A stretch of DNA of 64,000 bases from Ophelia neglecta (taxonomy: Eukaryota), in NCBI GenBank assembly GCA_965285935.1, contig OZ260665.1, positions 29,450,001 through 29,514,000 of the forward strand, in the 5' to 3' direction. This document shows positions 51,201 through 61,600 of the stretch, piece by piece. The notes beneath the pieces were generated by a model that searched no databases, was not told the DNA's origin, and saw only the letters and a list, made by a program, of their open reading frames with translations. Within the stretch, counting starts at the first letter, position 1; every line of letters begins with the position of its first letter. The position numbers and the translations under genes were made by a program.

Positions 51201-54200
51201 GCATCTGTATGTTTTTATGGTGAAAGATATGCATAATATATGTATTGAACACCAATAGGAACACTACTAGGAAGTCATATACAGGGAACTTTTGATGGCT
51301 ATAAACTTGACCTTGACCTCTGCTTGAAGGTCAAGTGGTGTGATCGAAATGAACAAAGCCTCTTTATGCCTCAGTGGTGCAAGATAGACATGAAAAAGAA
51401 ATTGATCACTAATAGGAAGTCATAGAGGGAATGTTTGATGGCTACAAACTTGACCATGACCTCTGCTCAAAGGTCAAATCATGTAATCTGAATTTCCAAA
51501 GCATCTTTATGGCAATATGGGGCAAGATATGCTTATGCATTTATTTATTGGACACTATTAGGAAGTAATGTACAGGGAATCTTTTGATGGCTATAAAATT
51601 GACCTTGACCTATGCTTGAAGGTCAAAGGATGGGATCCAAATTTTCAAAACCACTGTATGGTTTTATGGTGCAAGACAGACCGGAGAAATGTATTGAACA
51701 CTTATAGGAAGTCATATACAGAGAATCATGTACCGTAACCTGAATTTTCAAAGCATCTTTTTGGTTTTATGGTGCAAGATATGTTTAACAAATGTATTGA
51801 AGACTAATATAAAGTCATATACAGTGAATCTTTTAATGACTACAAAGTTGACTTTGACCTCTGCTTGAAGGTCAATTCATGTCATCAGAATTTTCATGGG
51901 ATATATATATATATATGACTTCAAAATATGAGGTATGATGTTCATCATACAGGGTAGGTGCAGCAACATGCAACAGCCACATAAATGGTCACTTACAGAT
52001 CTTAATAACCACAGGATTGAGAGACAAAACGACTTCAAATGGGTATTTTAACTAATTTCTTTGAATTTTTGTAGTCTTTTTACACAACATTTGGATATGT
52101 TCATTGCAAATATATTAAAACTCATTACTTTCAAGTGGTTTTTCTTTAATAAACTCCCATCATCAAAATGAAGGTCCCGCATGTAAACAAAGTGTCAAAC
52201 AAGTTACTCGCGCGTGGTTTGGTATAGACATCTGTACAAGACCAAAAACCACCCTGCAGATAGCCGATACATATCGCAGGGATGCACATTATTGTTAAGA
52301 GGGCAGAGCCCAGGCAACTGCCAGTGTATTATAAAGATAAGGTGATATATGATTATTGTGAATAATTGTGATTGCCTGGGTTAAAGAATGACTGGCATGA
52401 TTCTCAAATGATGGATAAAATGATTCTGCAGAAAGAAAAATCAACCAAACAGTTCCAGTCAAAATCTGAGCACTTGCTAATCCAAAGCTAGTCTAACGAA
52501 TAGGAGTTTTTCTTGCCTGCTTTGATTTTTTTTTATTTTTCTGCTAAAATTACCTATTTTGTCTATGAAAACTGCTATGAAATAGGAATATATGGCATTT
52601 ATTTTCATTTTCATTTTATCAACCGGGTTCTCATTCTTATTTTCCTACTAAAATCTCCTTTGTATTGAAGCAAAGTTTGAGCTGTTACAATTTCATTTGA
52701 ATCTGAGATCAAAAGTATTAATAAGTCAAGGTATATACAGAAGTTACTCTAATAGTTTGGGGGATTGTCACTGAATTTTCTTTTTTGTTTAAGTTCAATT
52801 GACTATTCATAGAATCACTGCTAAGCCTTTTTTGGTTACATTGATTTAGGAAACCATGCATTCACACTTACATAATAATCACTATAAAACTTGATATTGG
52901 TATTATTTTATGCTTATTTTTCAAAGTAAAATGAGATTTGTTGTTTATTCCTGCATTGTACTTTCTTTTCTTCAGAAATACAAACAGGTGCTTTTTTGGA
53001 ATAGTGACCCCAATATCCCATCTAGCCCCTCATATTTCTACCTACCATTGTATTCTTTGAATTACATTATTGCACCTCTGTGATATGTGAGACAATATCA
53101 TTACATTGGCCCATAGATAAATGTTGACAATGGTTCGCATAGAATCGGAGATTATATCAATATGTGCTAATGAAAGAGACTTTTCGGAAGTGACTTGGGC
53201 TTGCATGCCTGAGATGCTTACTGAGACAGGTATTTATGACAGGCATCACACCTGTATGGTCGGCTCCTACTCTGGCCCCATACTGGCAAAGAAACACAGT
53301 GTTAATGTGACCAGCAGCAGCTTACGGATGGCTTAGTCTTGTTCATGATGATGAATATTAGTTTTTCCCAAAGAAATAATCATCCAGTGATAGATATAAA
53401 AACCATGACGGTCTGAATATGTTTTGAAGCTGTCAGATTTTCTTTGATGGCATGCGAGACTACGTACACATACAATTAAATTAAGGTTCCCCAATACATG
53501 TAAAGGCAAACAAATACTTGTTTTGTTTTGTTTTTTATATTGAGGATTGTCAGCTGGATACTATGATAATGTTTTTCTTGTAAGCATTTCTAAAGAATGA
53601 ATGGATAATCTCAAATTAAAGATGTAAAAAAAAACGGGGGCGAGGAAGGGATATAAGCCAGCACAAGAACCACCCACAACCCTTCTACATTTCCAGCCCC
53701 TCTAAACCTTCCATTGGCCTCACTAAACCCAAGCTTAGAATGATCAATGTTACTAAACTTTCATTAAGGGACACAAAGTGATGGGCCCAAGGGAGGGTGG
53801 CTCCCCAGCTCCTGGTCTCCATACCTTCACCTAACTTTATACATGTATTGTGGTTCTGCAACACATGTTTGATGACCCTCATTTGGCATACATTGCCATT
53901 GGACATTGACTTATCTAGTGAGACCCAAGTGTTAGGATTAATTGGAATAGGCAAAGCTTGAAAAATTTGCCCCTACAACTTAAAATATCTACCGGAATAC
54001 CATAATACATAATTTGTTTTCAAGCTTTATATCATTTTCCTCAGCATCAATAATTGGAAAAGCTTGATGACTGAATATTAAACGTGCAGTCAGCATGATA
54101 AAAAGTGCACTAAAATGATTGTAACAGATTCAGCCATAAAAATAAAAACCAGCTTTTGCCTCCAAGATATATTGATTCCAGTAGACTAACTAGTGAACTG

Positions 54201-57200
54201 GTAGTATAAACAAAAACCCAAGGAGGCAGAGGACTAGTGAGTCAGTTGATCAAAGTGACTTTCTGGTGATGCAATAACCAGGTGTGAGCTGGTAAATGAC
54301 GCAGTTGTAAAGACCCTGTAAAGCTTGGCCACTGCTCCGTATTAGGCAGGCTACTGGGAGGGAGCGTAACTCCCACACCTTAGCTCTTTCCTGTTTTTGC
54401 TTCCCAAAGATGTGGTTTGCTAACATAACACAGCATGAACTCTGCGGGATTGGTGTGATGAGGTCAGGTGAATTAAGCCGTAAAAGGTCAGATGACACAC
54501 TGTTTATAAACTTCTTTCTGAAATATTGGGAAATCTTATACCATTGCGTGCTTCTCTTTATATGTCCCCTAATGTGATAATTGGATCTTTATAAATCTTG
54601 GTTGAGAATAGATTATTAGATAATGAGCCATCTGTGCACATTAGGAGGGGTCATGTTACAGACACTGACAGAGTAACTCACATTGCTCACTCATATGTTA
54701 TATATAGTAGAAATGCTAAGTCCTAAACGTATAACCTAATAAAAGATCTGGCTAGGGTAAAGGACAGTTTTTTTCACATGATCATAAAAACAAGGCAGCA
54801 AATTAGGTTATTGTTTGATGGGAATACATGTACTTGATTCACAGAGACGACAGTTACTTGGGTCTCCCTAATCAATAGGTCAAGCCTTGATTTGATTTGT
54901 TTGAGTGTATTTAATGAACCTTACTCTGGTACAATAAAAGGCCAATTATGGGTAAAATACCTTACCAGTGGTACTTATGTTCTATTACACCCTATGACCT
55001 GCCAGTCACATGGGCTACTGTGTACAGTCCATGGGCTACTGGATCACTTGGGAAATTCACGGGCGGGAATTCACTGGGTGGAGTCTATAGACTTCTTAGC
55101 GGCAGTTAGGTCATTTTGTGTTGATCTATCATATCTGTATTACTCAGTGTCATGAGAAATCAGCATGCTAAAACCACAAACTTTTCCACATTGTAGTAAA
55201 TGCCAATGTTATCCTTGAAATTTTGAAAAAGAATGCTGCTTCCGGAAGCAAAAAGTATTTAGTTAAGTGCAGAGCGGAAGGTGGTGCACTGGAAAGTATA
55301 AGGCTGATTTTAATAATTTGGGCAAAAGAATTCAGCAGAGGCAATTTATAGGAATAAATTTATGTAAAAAAGAAAAACCAATTAACTTGGGTTTTGAGGA
55401 AATTTGATTTAAAGTATGGAAAGGTGTTTAAATCCTTAAATATCTTGTGACTTTCTTTCAGCTATAGAAACAGGACTGGTCCCTTGGCAGATCAGACCAG
55501 CCTGCTGATCAGGAAATAGTGGCCATTAATATTTTATACTTTACCGTGAAATATATTAGCTACATATTAGTGACCATGTCATTTTTCTTCAAGGTCATGG
55601 GACTGACTTTTCTGGCAGCTGGGACAAGCATACCAGATCTCATCACAAGTATTATTGTGGCAAAGAAAGGGTTTGGAGACATGGCAGTATCCAGCTCAGT
55701 TGGCAGCAACATATTTGATGTGACAGTTGGGTAGGTCATTCTTGCCTTTCAACAAAAATTGCCAAAGAATTGGCCATTCCTAGTGCTAATGATTTGAATT
55801 TTTAAAAATGATGAATAACCGCACACTGTCAGCATTTAAAACTATTGGACAACCTGTCAAATGTATATTGAGATTTTAATGAGAATTGTCTATCAGGACA
55901 TAAACCAATGGACTATAACTATTTAATGAATCTTAATATGTAATAAAAACAGTTAGTCATAGGGAAATGTTTGGGTGGACTCTACATATGCTGCAATGGT
56001 GTGGAACTTTCTTTTACCTTATGAAGCGTTATCAGTTTAAAATTTTAATGTATTTGCACCTACCCATTTTTGGAGAGAATAAGATGGTTGATATGGAATT
56101 GCCTTTGTCCCAAGTTGTTACCAATCCAAATGTTTGAAATGCTGCACCTTGGCAACACATGAGCCTACATGAAATTTTCTCCAATTGAATATGATTTTTT
56201 ACCTTTTCAATACATGTTTACCTTTTAACTTTTAGTTTAGCTTTTATACCATTTGAATCAAAGGTAAAATAAAGGTTAACTAAAGGGAAAAAAAGGTAAA
56301 ACGTTAAAAAAAATATATTTTTTAAAGTAAATTCCAGTTTTATTTTACCTAATTTTGGTACATGTCAATAAGGGAGTCTTTACTTATAAGTAAATTACAT
56401 AATTGTGAACATTTAATTTAAGCCAAGCTGTGGCATATACTTTTTACATGCATGTATGCAGCATATCTAATAACCTTCCCGATGTTAGTCTACAATTCAT
56501 TCACGTCATTTAGTGGAGTTTATATTAATTATGCAACAATTTATTCTTCAAAACTAATATAACAGAATAACTAGTACTTGGCCCATAAATTATGTTCAAC
56601 TTTCAACAAGACCTATTGTTGTTGGTAGGTCTTGGTGAACTTAGTGACTTGAATGTCACAAGTCTTTGCCAAGGAAATTTGGCAGACTCATGAAAATAAG
56701 AGAGACATGGATGTTAACACATGTATACACTTTACTATTGGAGCCAAATTTTTGACTGCCAGTTCAGACTTTCTCTTCCTGCCTAAGTCCCACATTTTAT
56801 TTTACCTTTTATGTTTATATATATATTGCTGTAAGGGTAATTGTAATAAGTGTTTTATTTTGCAGAAAGGTATGGTAATTATTGTGTGGCTTTTATCTCT
56901 ATCTTTTGAACTTTCAGAATTCTACATGCATGTGTACAAATATGTATCATTTAGCCATGGTGTGCGATGTGTGTATGTAACCCAATCCTCAACTTCATTA
57001 TCGCACCTGTCTGTATCCAGGCTGAAATCTTTTATCACATCATCTGCTTGTTACACAGTTAAGAACTTTTATTTTTTCAGACTGCCTTTACCATGGTTGA
57101 TTTATGGCGCCATCTATGGAATTCCCTATCAAGTGGACAGCAAAGGACTAGTGTGCTCTATCTCACTACTCGTTGGGATGCTACTTCTGGTTATTCTAAT

Positions 57201-57327
57201 GATTGGAGCATTCAAATGGCGATTGAACAAACCAATGGGTGTGGTCATGCTTTTTTCCTATCTGATTTTCCTGGCTGTCAGTGTATTGTTGGAGCTGGGA
57301 TTCCTCGACTGTCCGTTCCAGGTCTGA
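22297..57327 (+). CDS. SLC24A2: Sodium/potassium/calcium exchanger (SLC24/NCKX; NCKX1/2-Nckx30C-like), spliced CDS of 7 exons, 720 aa; symbol denotes the closest vertebrate type, not proven 1:1 orthology
   Basis: join(22297..23184,46638..46743,48902..49428,50108..50245,50436..50555,55594..55730,57081..57327) = 2163 nt. All introns are GT..AG and phases 0,1,0,0,0,2 match. Alpha-1 repeat [17 protein letters not shown]...[12 protein letters not shown]; alpha-2 repeat [17 protein letters not shown]...[24 protein letters not shown]; loop motif [10 protein letters not shown] typical of the NCKX1/2/Nckx30C clade. Confidence 0.93.
26605..26660 (-). mobile_element. tRNA-derived SINE head remnant
   Basis: The reverse complement reads GTAGAGCAGTTGGCTGGACAACAACAGGTAGTGAGTTCAAACCCCGCTGAGACCAC, a partial A-box plus B-box GAGTTCAAACCC; no complete cloverleaf. 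Confidence 0.5.
28640..28905 (+). repeat. G/A-rich low-complexity tract with G-quadruplex potential
   Basis: Many GGG/GGGG runs separated by short loops. Confidence 0.6.
31760..32090. repeat. Diverged dispersed repeat, copy 1 (copy 2 at about 34497-34830)
   Basis: Shared colinear blocks GGACAGCACTG..TATG.CTAGTCCA, TTTGGAAAGC, GCCAGTTAAACAAAT, GAAATTAGCCC and CAGCCTT..AGGTGA.AA.T.TGGCTGTT. Confidence 0.7.
34497..34830. repeat. Diverged dispersed repeat, copy 2
   Basis: Same colinear blocks as 31760-32090, in the same orientation. Confidence 0.7.
35720..36380 (+). mobile_element. Degenerate HINE/Helitron-like element with ~150-bp internal repeats
   Basis: Repeats of ATAGGAAGTC(A/C)TATA...AACTTGACC(T/A)TGACC...GGTCA; ends GGGGACAT...CTAGTTTTT; same repeat family as 51145-51900. 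Confidence 0.55.
36550..36727. mobile_element. Tc1/mariner-type MITE (same family as 50748-50918)
   Basis: Shares CCTGCGATG.CAGG, TTTTTGAATT, CCATGTTAAAG, GGGCCA and AGGGGTGGCCC, and ends ACTGTA. Confidence 0.7.
40610..42765. repeat. 34-bp minisatellite (CAGACTGGTATTGTCTGCCAGGTATCTACTACTT), about 52 near-perfect copies with degenerate edges
   Basis: Period of 34 nt (e.g. 40809 to 40843); homogeneous core about 40675-42440; diverged copies on both flanks. Confidence 0.97.
43430..44000. repeat. 44-bp degenerate tandem repeat, about 12-13 copies
   Basis: GCCTTC(T/C)TGAT starts at 43729, 43773, 43817, 43861 and 43905, with more diverged copies upstream. Confidence 0.85.
46638..46743 (+). CDS. 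SLC24A2: NCKX coding exon 2 (cytoplasmic loop; not in the ORF track)
   Basis: Acceptor tctttaacttgttccag|CTG; translates [35 protein letters not shown]; donor GAAG|GTAAGG at 46744. 106 nt (phase 0 to 1) bridges exon 1 and exon 3 exactly, and resembles the NCKX loop motif QLMIHTLDPL. Confidence 0.92.
48244..48292. repeat. (TA)n microsatellite
   Basis: About 24 TA units with one interruption. Confidence 0.95.
48902..49428 (+). CDS. SLC24A2: NCKX coding exon 3 (His/Asn/Ser/Thr-rich cytoplasmic loop)
   Basis: Acceptor tatgttttcag|CC in phase 1; [17 protein letters not shown] follows the IDPL motif as in Nckx30C-type proteins; donor CAG|GTAACA at 49429, phase 0. Confidence 0.88.
50108..50245 (+). 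CDS. SLC24A2: NCKX coding exon 4
   Basis: Acceptor ccctcttccag|CCC; [26 protein letters not shown]...[12 protein letters not shown] (conserved NCKX PLxxxWP and LPDVR motifs); donor CCG|GTAAGT at 50246. Confidence 0.95.
50436..50555 (+). CDS. SLC24A2: NCKX coding exon 5
   Basis: Acceptor ctctgcttcag|GAA; [40 protein letters not shown]; donor GCT|GTGAGT at 50556. Confidence 0.95.
50748..50918. mobile_element. Tc1/mariner-type MITE in NCKX intron 5
   Basis: TACAGGGGTCCC...GGGGCCACTGTA imperfect TIRs with TA ends; related copy at 36550-36727. Confidence 0.75.
50941..51122. mobile_element. Tc1/mariner-type MITE, inverted copy of 16142-16319
   Basis: Starts TACAGTGAAAACTG; contains CCAGTCCCTTGGGTGGTCTTAATTCACAGGTTT, the reverse complement of the start of the 16142 element. 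Confidence 0.85.
51145..51900. repeat. ~150-bp degenerate tandem repeat (about 5 units), probably HINE/Helitron-derived
   Basis: TTGACCTTGACCT..GCTTGAAGGTCA near 51150, 51308, 51450, 51600 and 51850, interleaved with GGTGCAAGATA and TAGGAAGTCATA. Confidence 0.8.
55594..55730 (+). CDS. SLC24A2: NCKX coding exon 6 (alpha-2 repeat)
   Basis: Acceptor atttttcttcaag|GTC (AAG type); [45 protein letters not shown]; donor GG|GTAGGT at 55731, phase 2. Confidence 0.96.
57081..57327 (+). CDS. SLC24A2: NCKX terminal coding exon 7
   Basis: Acceptor ttttattttttcag|A; GG+A completes Gly, then LPLPWLIYG...[13 protein letters not shown]...CPFQV and stop TGA at 57325-57327. Confidence 0.95.
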
Positions 57328-58609
57328 AATCAATAATATCATCGAAGCTGATCGCTCCTGAGTCAGACATCAATGCCACTTAGCCCCTTCATTCTTTCAC
57401 CTGAGTGTAACTGACATGCCTAGGACTGTATAGCAGTGGCTGACTCAAAAGCTCTCTATTGTATTTTAATATGTTGGTCTCCTTGAGCAGAAAGCTACTG
57501 CAGAAAGTAGTGTGAAGTTTATTCAGCATAATATGAGACAGGTTTAAGGTAATGGTTGAAAAATCAGACAATTATATGAACTGGTGCAGCTGCACTATAA
57601 AGGGGCAGACAACAGATAGACTCTATACCTGGTAATCTGTGTGGCTGGGATGGAAAGAAGCCAGCACAAGCGAAGAGGATTAGCCTGGATTAGCCTGGAT
57701 TAGCCGGGGCCTCATTTCTGGCAAAATATACCCCGGTATGTCACATTCCAAATCCAGCAATTTAGTTGGAATAAGTCTAACAAAATATGGAACATTTGAT
57801 TATTATGAATTGCATTTATGTGTGCCGAATGGGTAGTCTGGTAGACAAAGAACAGGGTTTATTTTAATCTCTTCAAAGAGTCTGGTGGATTCATATTATC
57901 CCATTGAGCTACACTCATCAAACTTATTGAAATGTGTTATATTATAATCAATTCACAGTTTGAGCAGTGAAAATGAGAGTAATTTTGATGAAACAATTTG
58001 TATCTACCATGGTAGCTCAGGTTCTATTAATGTTACTTATTTTATAATATATGTGTGTCTCTTTTGGCACACTAAACAGCAAACCACAATATATCACCCA
58101 TTTGCACAAAACCAGTCGCAGGTGGGCAGTTCAAATCTTCATAGTCATAGGCTGATGTCAGATGAAATTAATGATGTTGAGTTTTTTGCTGAAACACTGA
58201 TTTTTAAAGGAAAAATGCAATTATGGTATTTGGTATTATTGTTTTAATGTCAGCATTGTATATCCATGGTTGCTCACAACCTTTGCATGGTGAAATCATA
58301 TTTGATCGTGTCATATTTTGTGACATTATATCATGTAATGTAAAGGGACATTCAGTGCAGCTTTAATGGGTCTTATACTAAGTTATTTATATTAAGAAAG
58401 CTACATGCCACAAACTTGTTAATACTCAAGTGGGTAACCCTTGATAACTAAAGCAAAATTTATTTCATTTTAGTTATAAAAACTTTTTTTTTTTATCAGG
58501 TTGTTGCATTTTCAACACTTGTTCTATCAATTTAATAATATATAATTACCCCGGTGATGGCATTTGACTGGTTTCCTGCAGATTGGTTACATTTGGGTAG
58601 ATATTTGTG

Positions 58610-58615
58610 AATAAA
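58610..58615 (+). other. Candidate polyadenylation signal for NCKX (first AATAAA I found after the stop; 3' UTR about 1.3 kb)
   Basis: AATAAA followed by T-rich sequence; other AATAAA sites occur further downstream (e.g. about 59800). Confidence 0.3.
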
Positions 58616-61600
58616 AATACTTGAATATGGATGCTTTTATTCCTGATTATTATTTTCTATGCTACGTTCTTTATTTTTGGCTGCTTAATGATATTTTAAT
58701 GCATAAACCATTATATTTTACTAAAAAATGAGGGTGGGGGGGTTTGTTCACAGTTTTGAAAATTGACATTCCCCCATTTCCCAGGGAATTACTTTGTTCC
58801 CGGTTCCCGGAGACTAAAAAACAAAATCCTGATGCACAAGATAGCTTGACAGTATTTTCCAACAGAGATTCAGGGAGTAGTACAGCTAATGCATCATTTC
58901 CTGGCCCGGGCCAACCTTAGCAAAGCATGTATGCGTGAAGTCCCGGGCATGATGGTCTCAGCTTCACACCGCAATCCCAGTTCATAGGATTTTAAAATGA
59001 GCTATCACAGGGGTCGAAAGAAATTGGCCATTACCAGTTCAAGGATATCCTAAATGGGATTTCCCATTTCCCAGGCATCTTCTGAGTCTGATCCCGAATC
59101 ATGGGAAATAAGTAATTCCCAGTTCACAGACATATCAAAGTTAAATTCCCTGATCCAGGGTAAATTAAAAGAGCCGATCCCGGAGGTTAGAATTTCCCCT
59201 AACACCCCCCCCCCCCCATTAATGGTCTATAACTAAATGAAATTGGCAGCAATACAAGTTTGAGGTAAAATGTAATTAATGTGTTTGCACATGTAGGTAT
59301 TTAGTCTTCTTTGCATGTTTTCCCCACAAAATCTCTGATTGAAAGTATATTGCATTCCACTTCTATATTTGTGTACTTGCTTGGTAGTCTTTGTCATGTC
59401 AAAAAGTATTGACTTCCAATTTATGAGTATCTGTGCCTGATCTTGGTTGTACTTAAAAAATTATATATGAAAGTCACATGTGCCAATTTATATATACTTA
59501 ACATTTGTACTTTAATCTTTATGATAAGTGAAAATAGTTTGAATGTAGTCAGACTTGCTAAGTGATTAATTGTGTATCTCAACTCTTTCTGGTATTTTTT
59601 TGTGGGGATAATTTTAATACATCTTGCATGTGAGATAACCACCCCACATACTTGCTAAGATTAGAGTCTTTGCTTCCAGTATTTCAGTTAACCACCCTTA
59701 TAGGTAATTTAAAGGCACTTTAAATTTGATTATAGTGCCTTATATCACCAGATGTATTGCAGGACAGCACATGCACATTGTAAATGGACTTGTGAATAGA
59801 ATAAAATTGCTAAAGTGTGCAAATTGATATGACAGCAGACTGCTCAGTATGTTAAGTTGTAATATTATTAATCATTCGCATATCATTTTATCATGGCTGA
59901 TATATTATATAATATTATTAATTATTAATTATTATTTTAGGCAACTGTTTTTCAAGTTCTTGGTTTATGAACATTTTCAACAACAAAAAATGGTTGATCA
60001 GTTGAGATATAAATGCAGCCAGATGAAACCAAAACTCCTACAAAATTTATTTCAGCACAATTCTCTTTTGAAGTTCTACTAGAATCAATTCAGTCAAGCT
60101 TTGAAATTCAAAAGTAGATTAACATCTAGATTTCTATTTGCAAACTTTGCAATTTTTTATGTGAGAAACTTGTATGGCTTGGACTATTTTCTGACTGAAC
60201 ATAATGTTGGCAGGGCAAGTCTACAGCAAAAAGGGAAAAAATATTGATTTATTTCTTAACTGACCCATAGGCTGCAATAAGATGGGGTTGTAAAAAGAAG
60301 AAGATGAAAATTAACGTCTTTACAACAGTTTATTTACTTGGTGGATTTCCAATCTTACAAGTTGATTAATATTAAATGATGCACCATGCTGTGCTCCTGT
60401 TTACCTTTGTTTTGGGGGTATGCCTTTTTTTATTATCCAGATGACTCAGGGGAGACACGTCGGCATTAGCACACCCTGGGTATTGCTGTTTTATTATCAT
60501 CCGAGAAAAGAAACCCAAAAAAAAAACTTTCACCAATCTCATTTTAGCATCTTGATTCCTGATGTTTTTAAAGACAGGCAAGTGTGCTGACTTCTGGGTG
60601 GCACTTCACAAGATCTATAATATGTAGCACATAATTTTGTGATACTATAGAAAATAGGTAATATTTATACCTTTTTTCTTCTTAAGAAACATTTAGTAAT
60701 AAATGTGGATTTTATTGATAATGTCATCAATAATTTGGTACTCTCCGCCTGGAATATTTTGGCAAATTCTATATTTTTATTATTAGCAATTTTTGGGATG
60801 CTTTTGGTTGGCTTATACAGGTCAGAAGTTAGTCTTGCTTTCTGTGTTCCCAGACTGGGACTTTGGGCACTGCATGGTGCATTATTTATATGCCTGTGTG
60901 TAAAAAGAGCAAGAGATTCAATACACATGTATTGATAAAGAAGTTAGGTTTTTCACATGGTTGATTTTCAGACATATACTGTTACTCCGTCTTTCCATAC
61001 CGATTAAGTTTGTAGGAATATTATGCTTAATAAAAAATGTGTATATAGTACTGAAAAGGTGTGTGTTGCTGCTTTTTATTATAGAAAGTCCAGCACCTTA
61101 ACTGGGAATAAAGATCCCAAATAAATGCTGACCAAATTTTAAAAACATTTGTTTGTTTCTGGTATTGCATAAAAAATTGTTTGTTTCTGACTCTGGAAAA
61201 AATTATTTGTTTGTCTGGTATTTTCTTTTAAAAAAAAATTGTTTGCATAAGCACTGAAAAAAATTGTTCTAACTTGGCCTAATAATGACTTAACACATAA
61301 TGTATCCATGTGAAACATTTAATTAAGAAACTGACTTGAATAATAAACATTATCCATAAAATGCCTTTACCCTTTGCCCAAAATGGAGAGGTCTGAAACT
61401 TTTCATCGTCGCTTGTCACTTTAATATAGATCTAGTGGTGATACACATTGATCCACTACCCAGGGCGGAGAGAGGTTGTAAAACCATAGTGAAGTCACCT
61501 TAATGAGCGAAGACAGAAACTTTTGAGCAGTCTACTGTAGCTAGCCTTAAGCGTATAGAAAACTTTTGAGCAGTCTACTATTGCCAGCCTTAGGCATATA

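Noticed and set aside
56653-57080. N-terminal part of the 224-aa ORF
   Set aside because: Intronic; similarity starts only at the acceptor at 57080.
57093-57383. Overlapping alternative-frame 96-aa ORF
   Set aside because: Shadow of the last NCKX exon with no recognisable motif.
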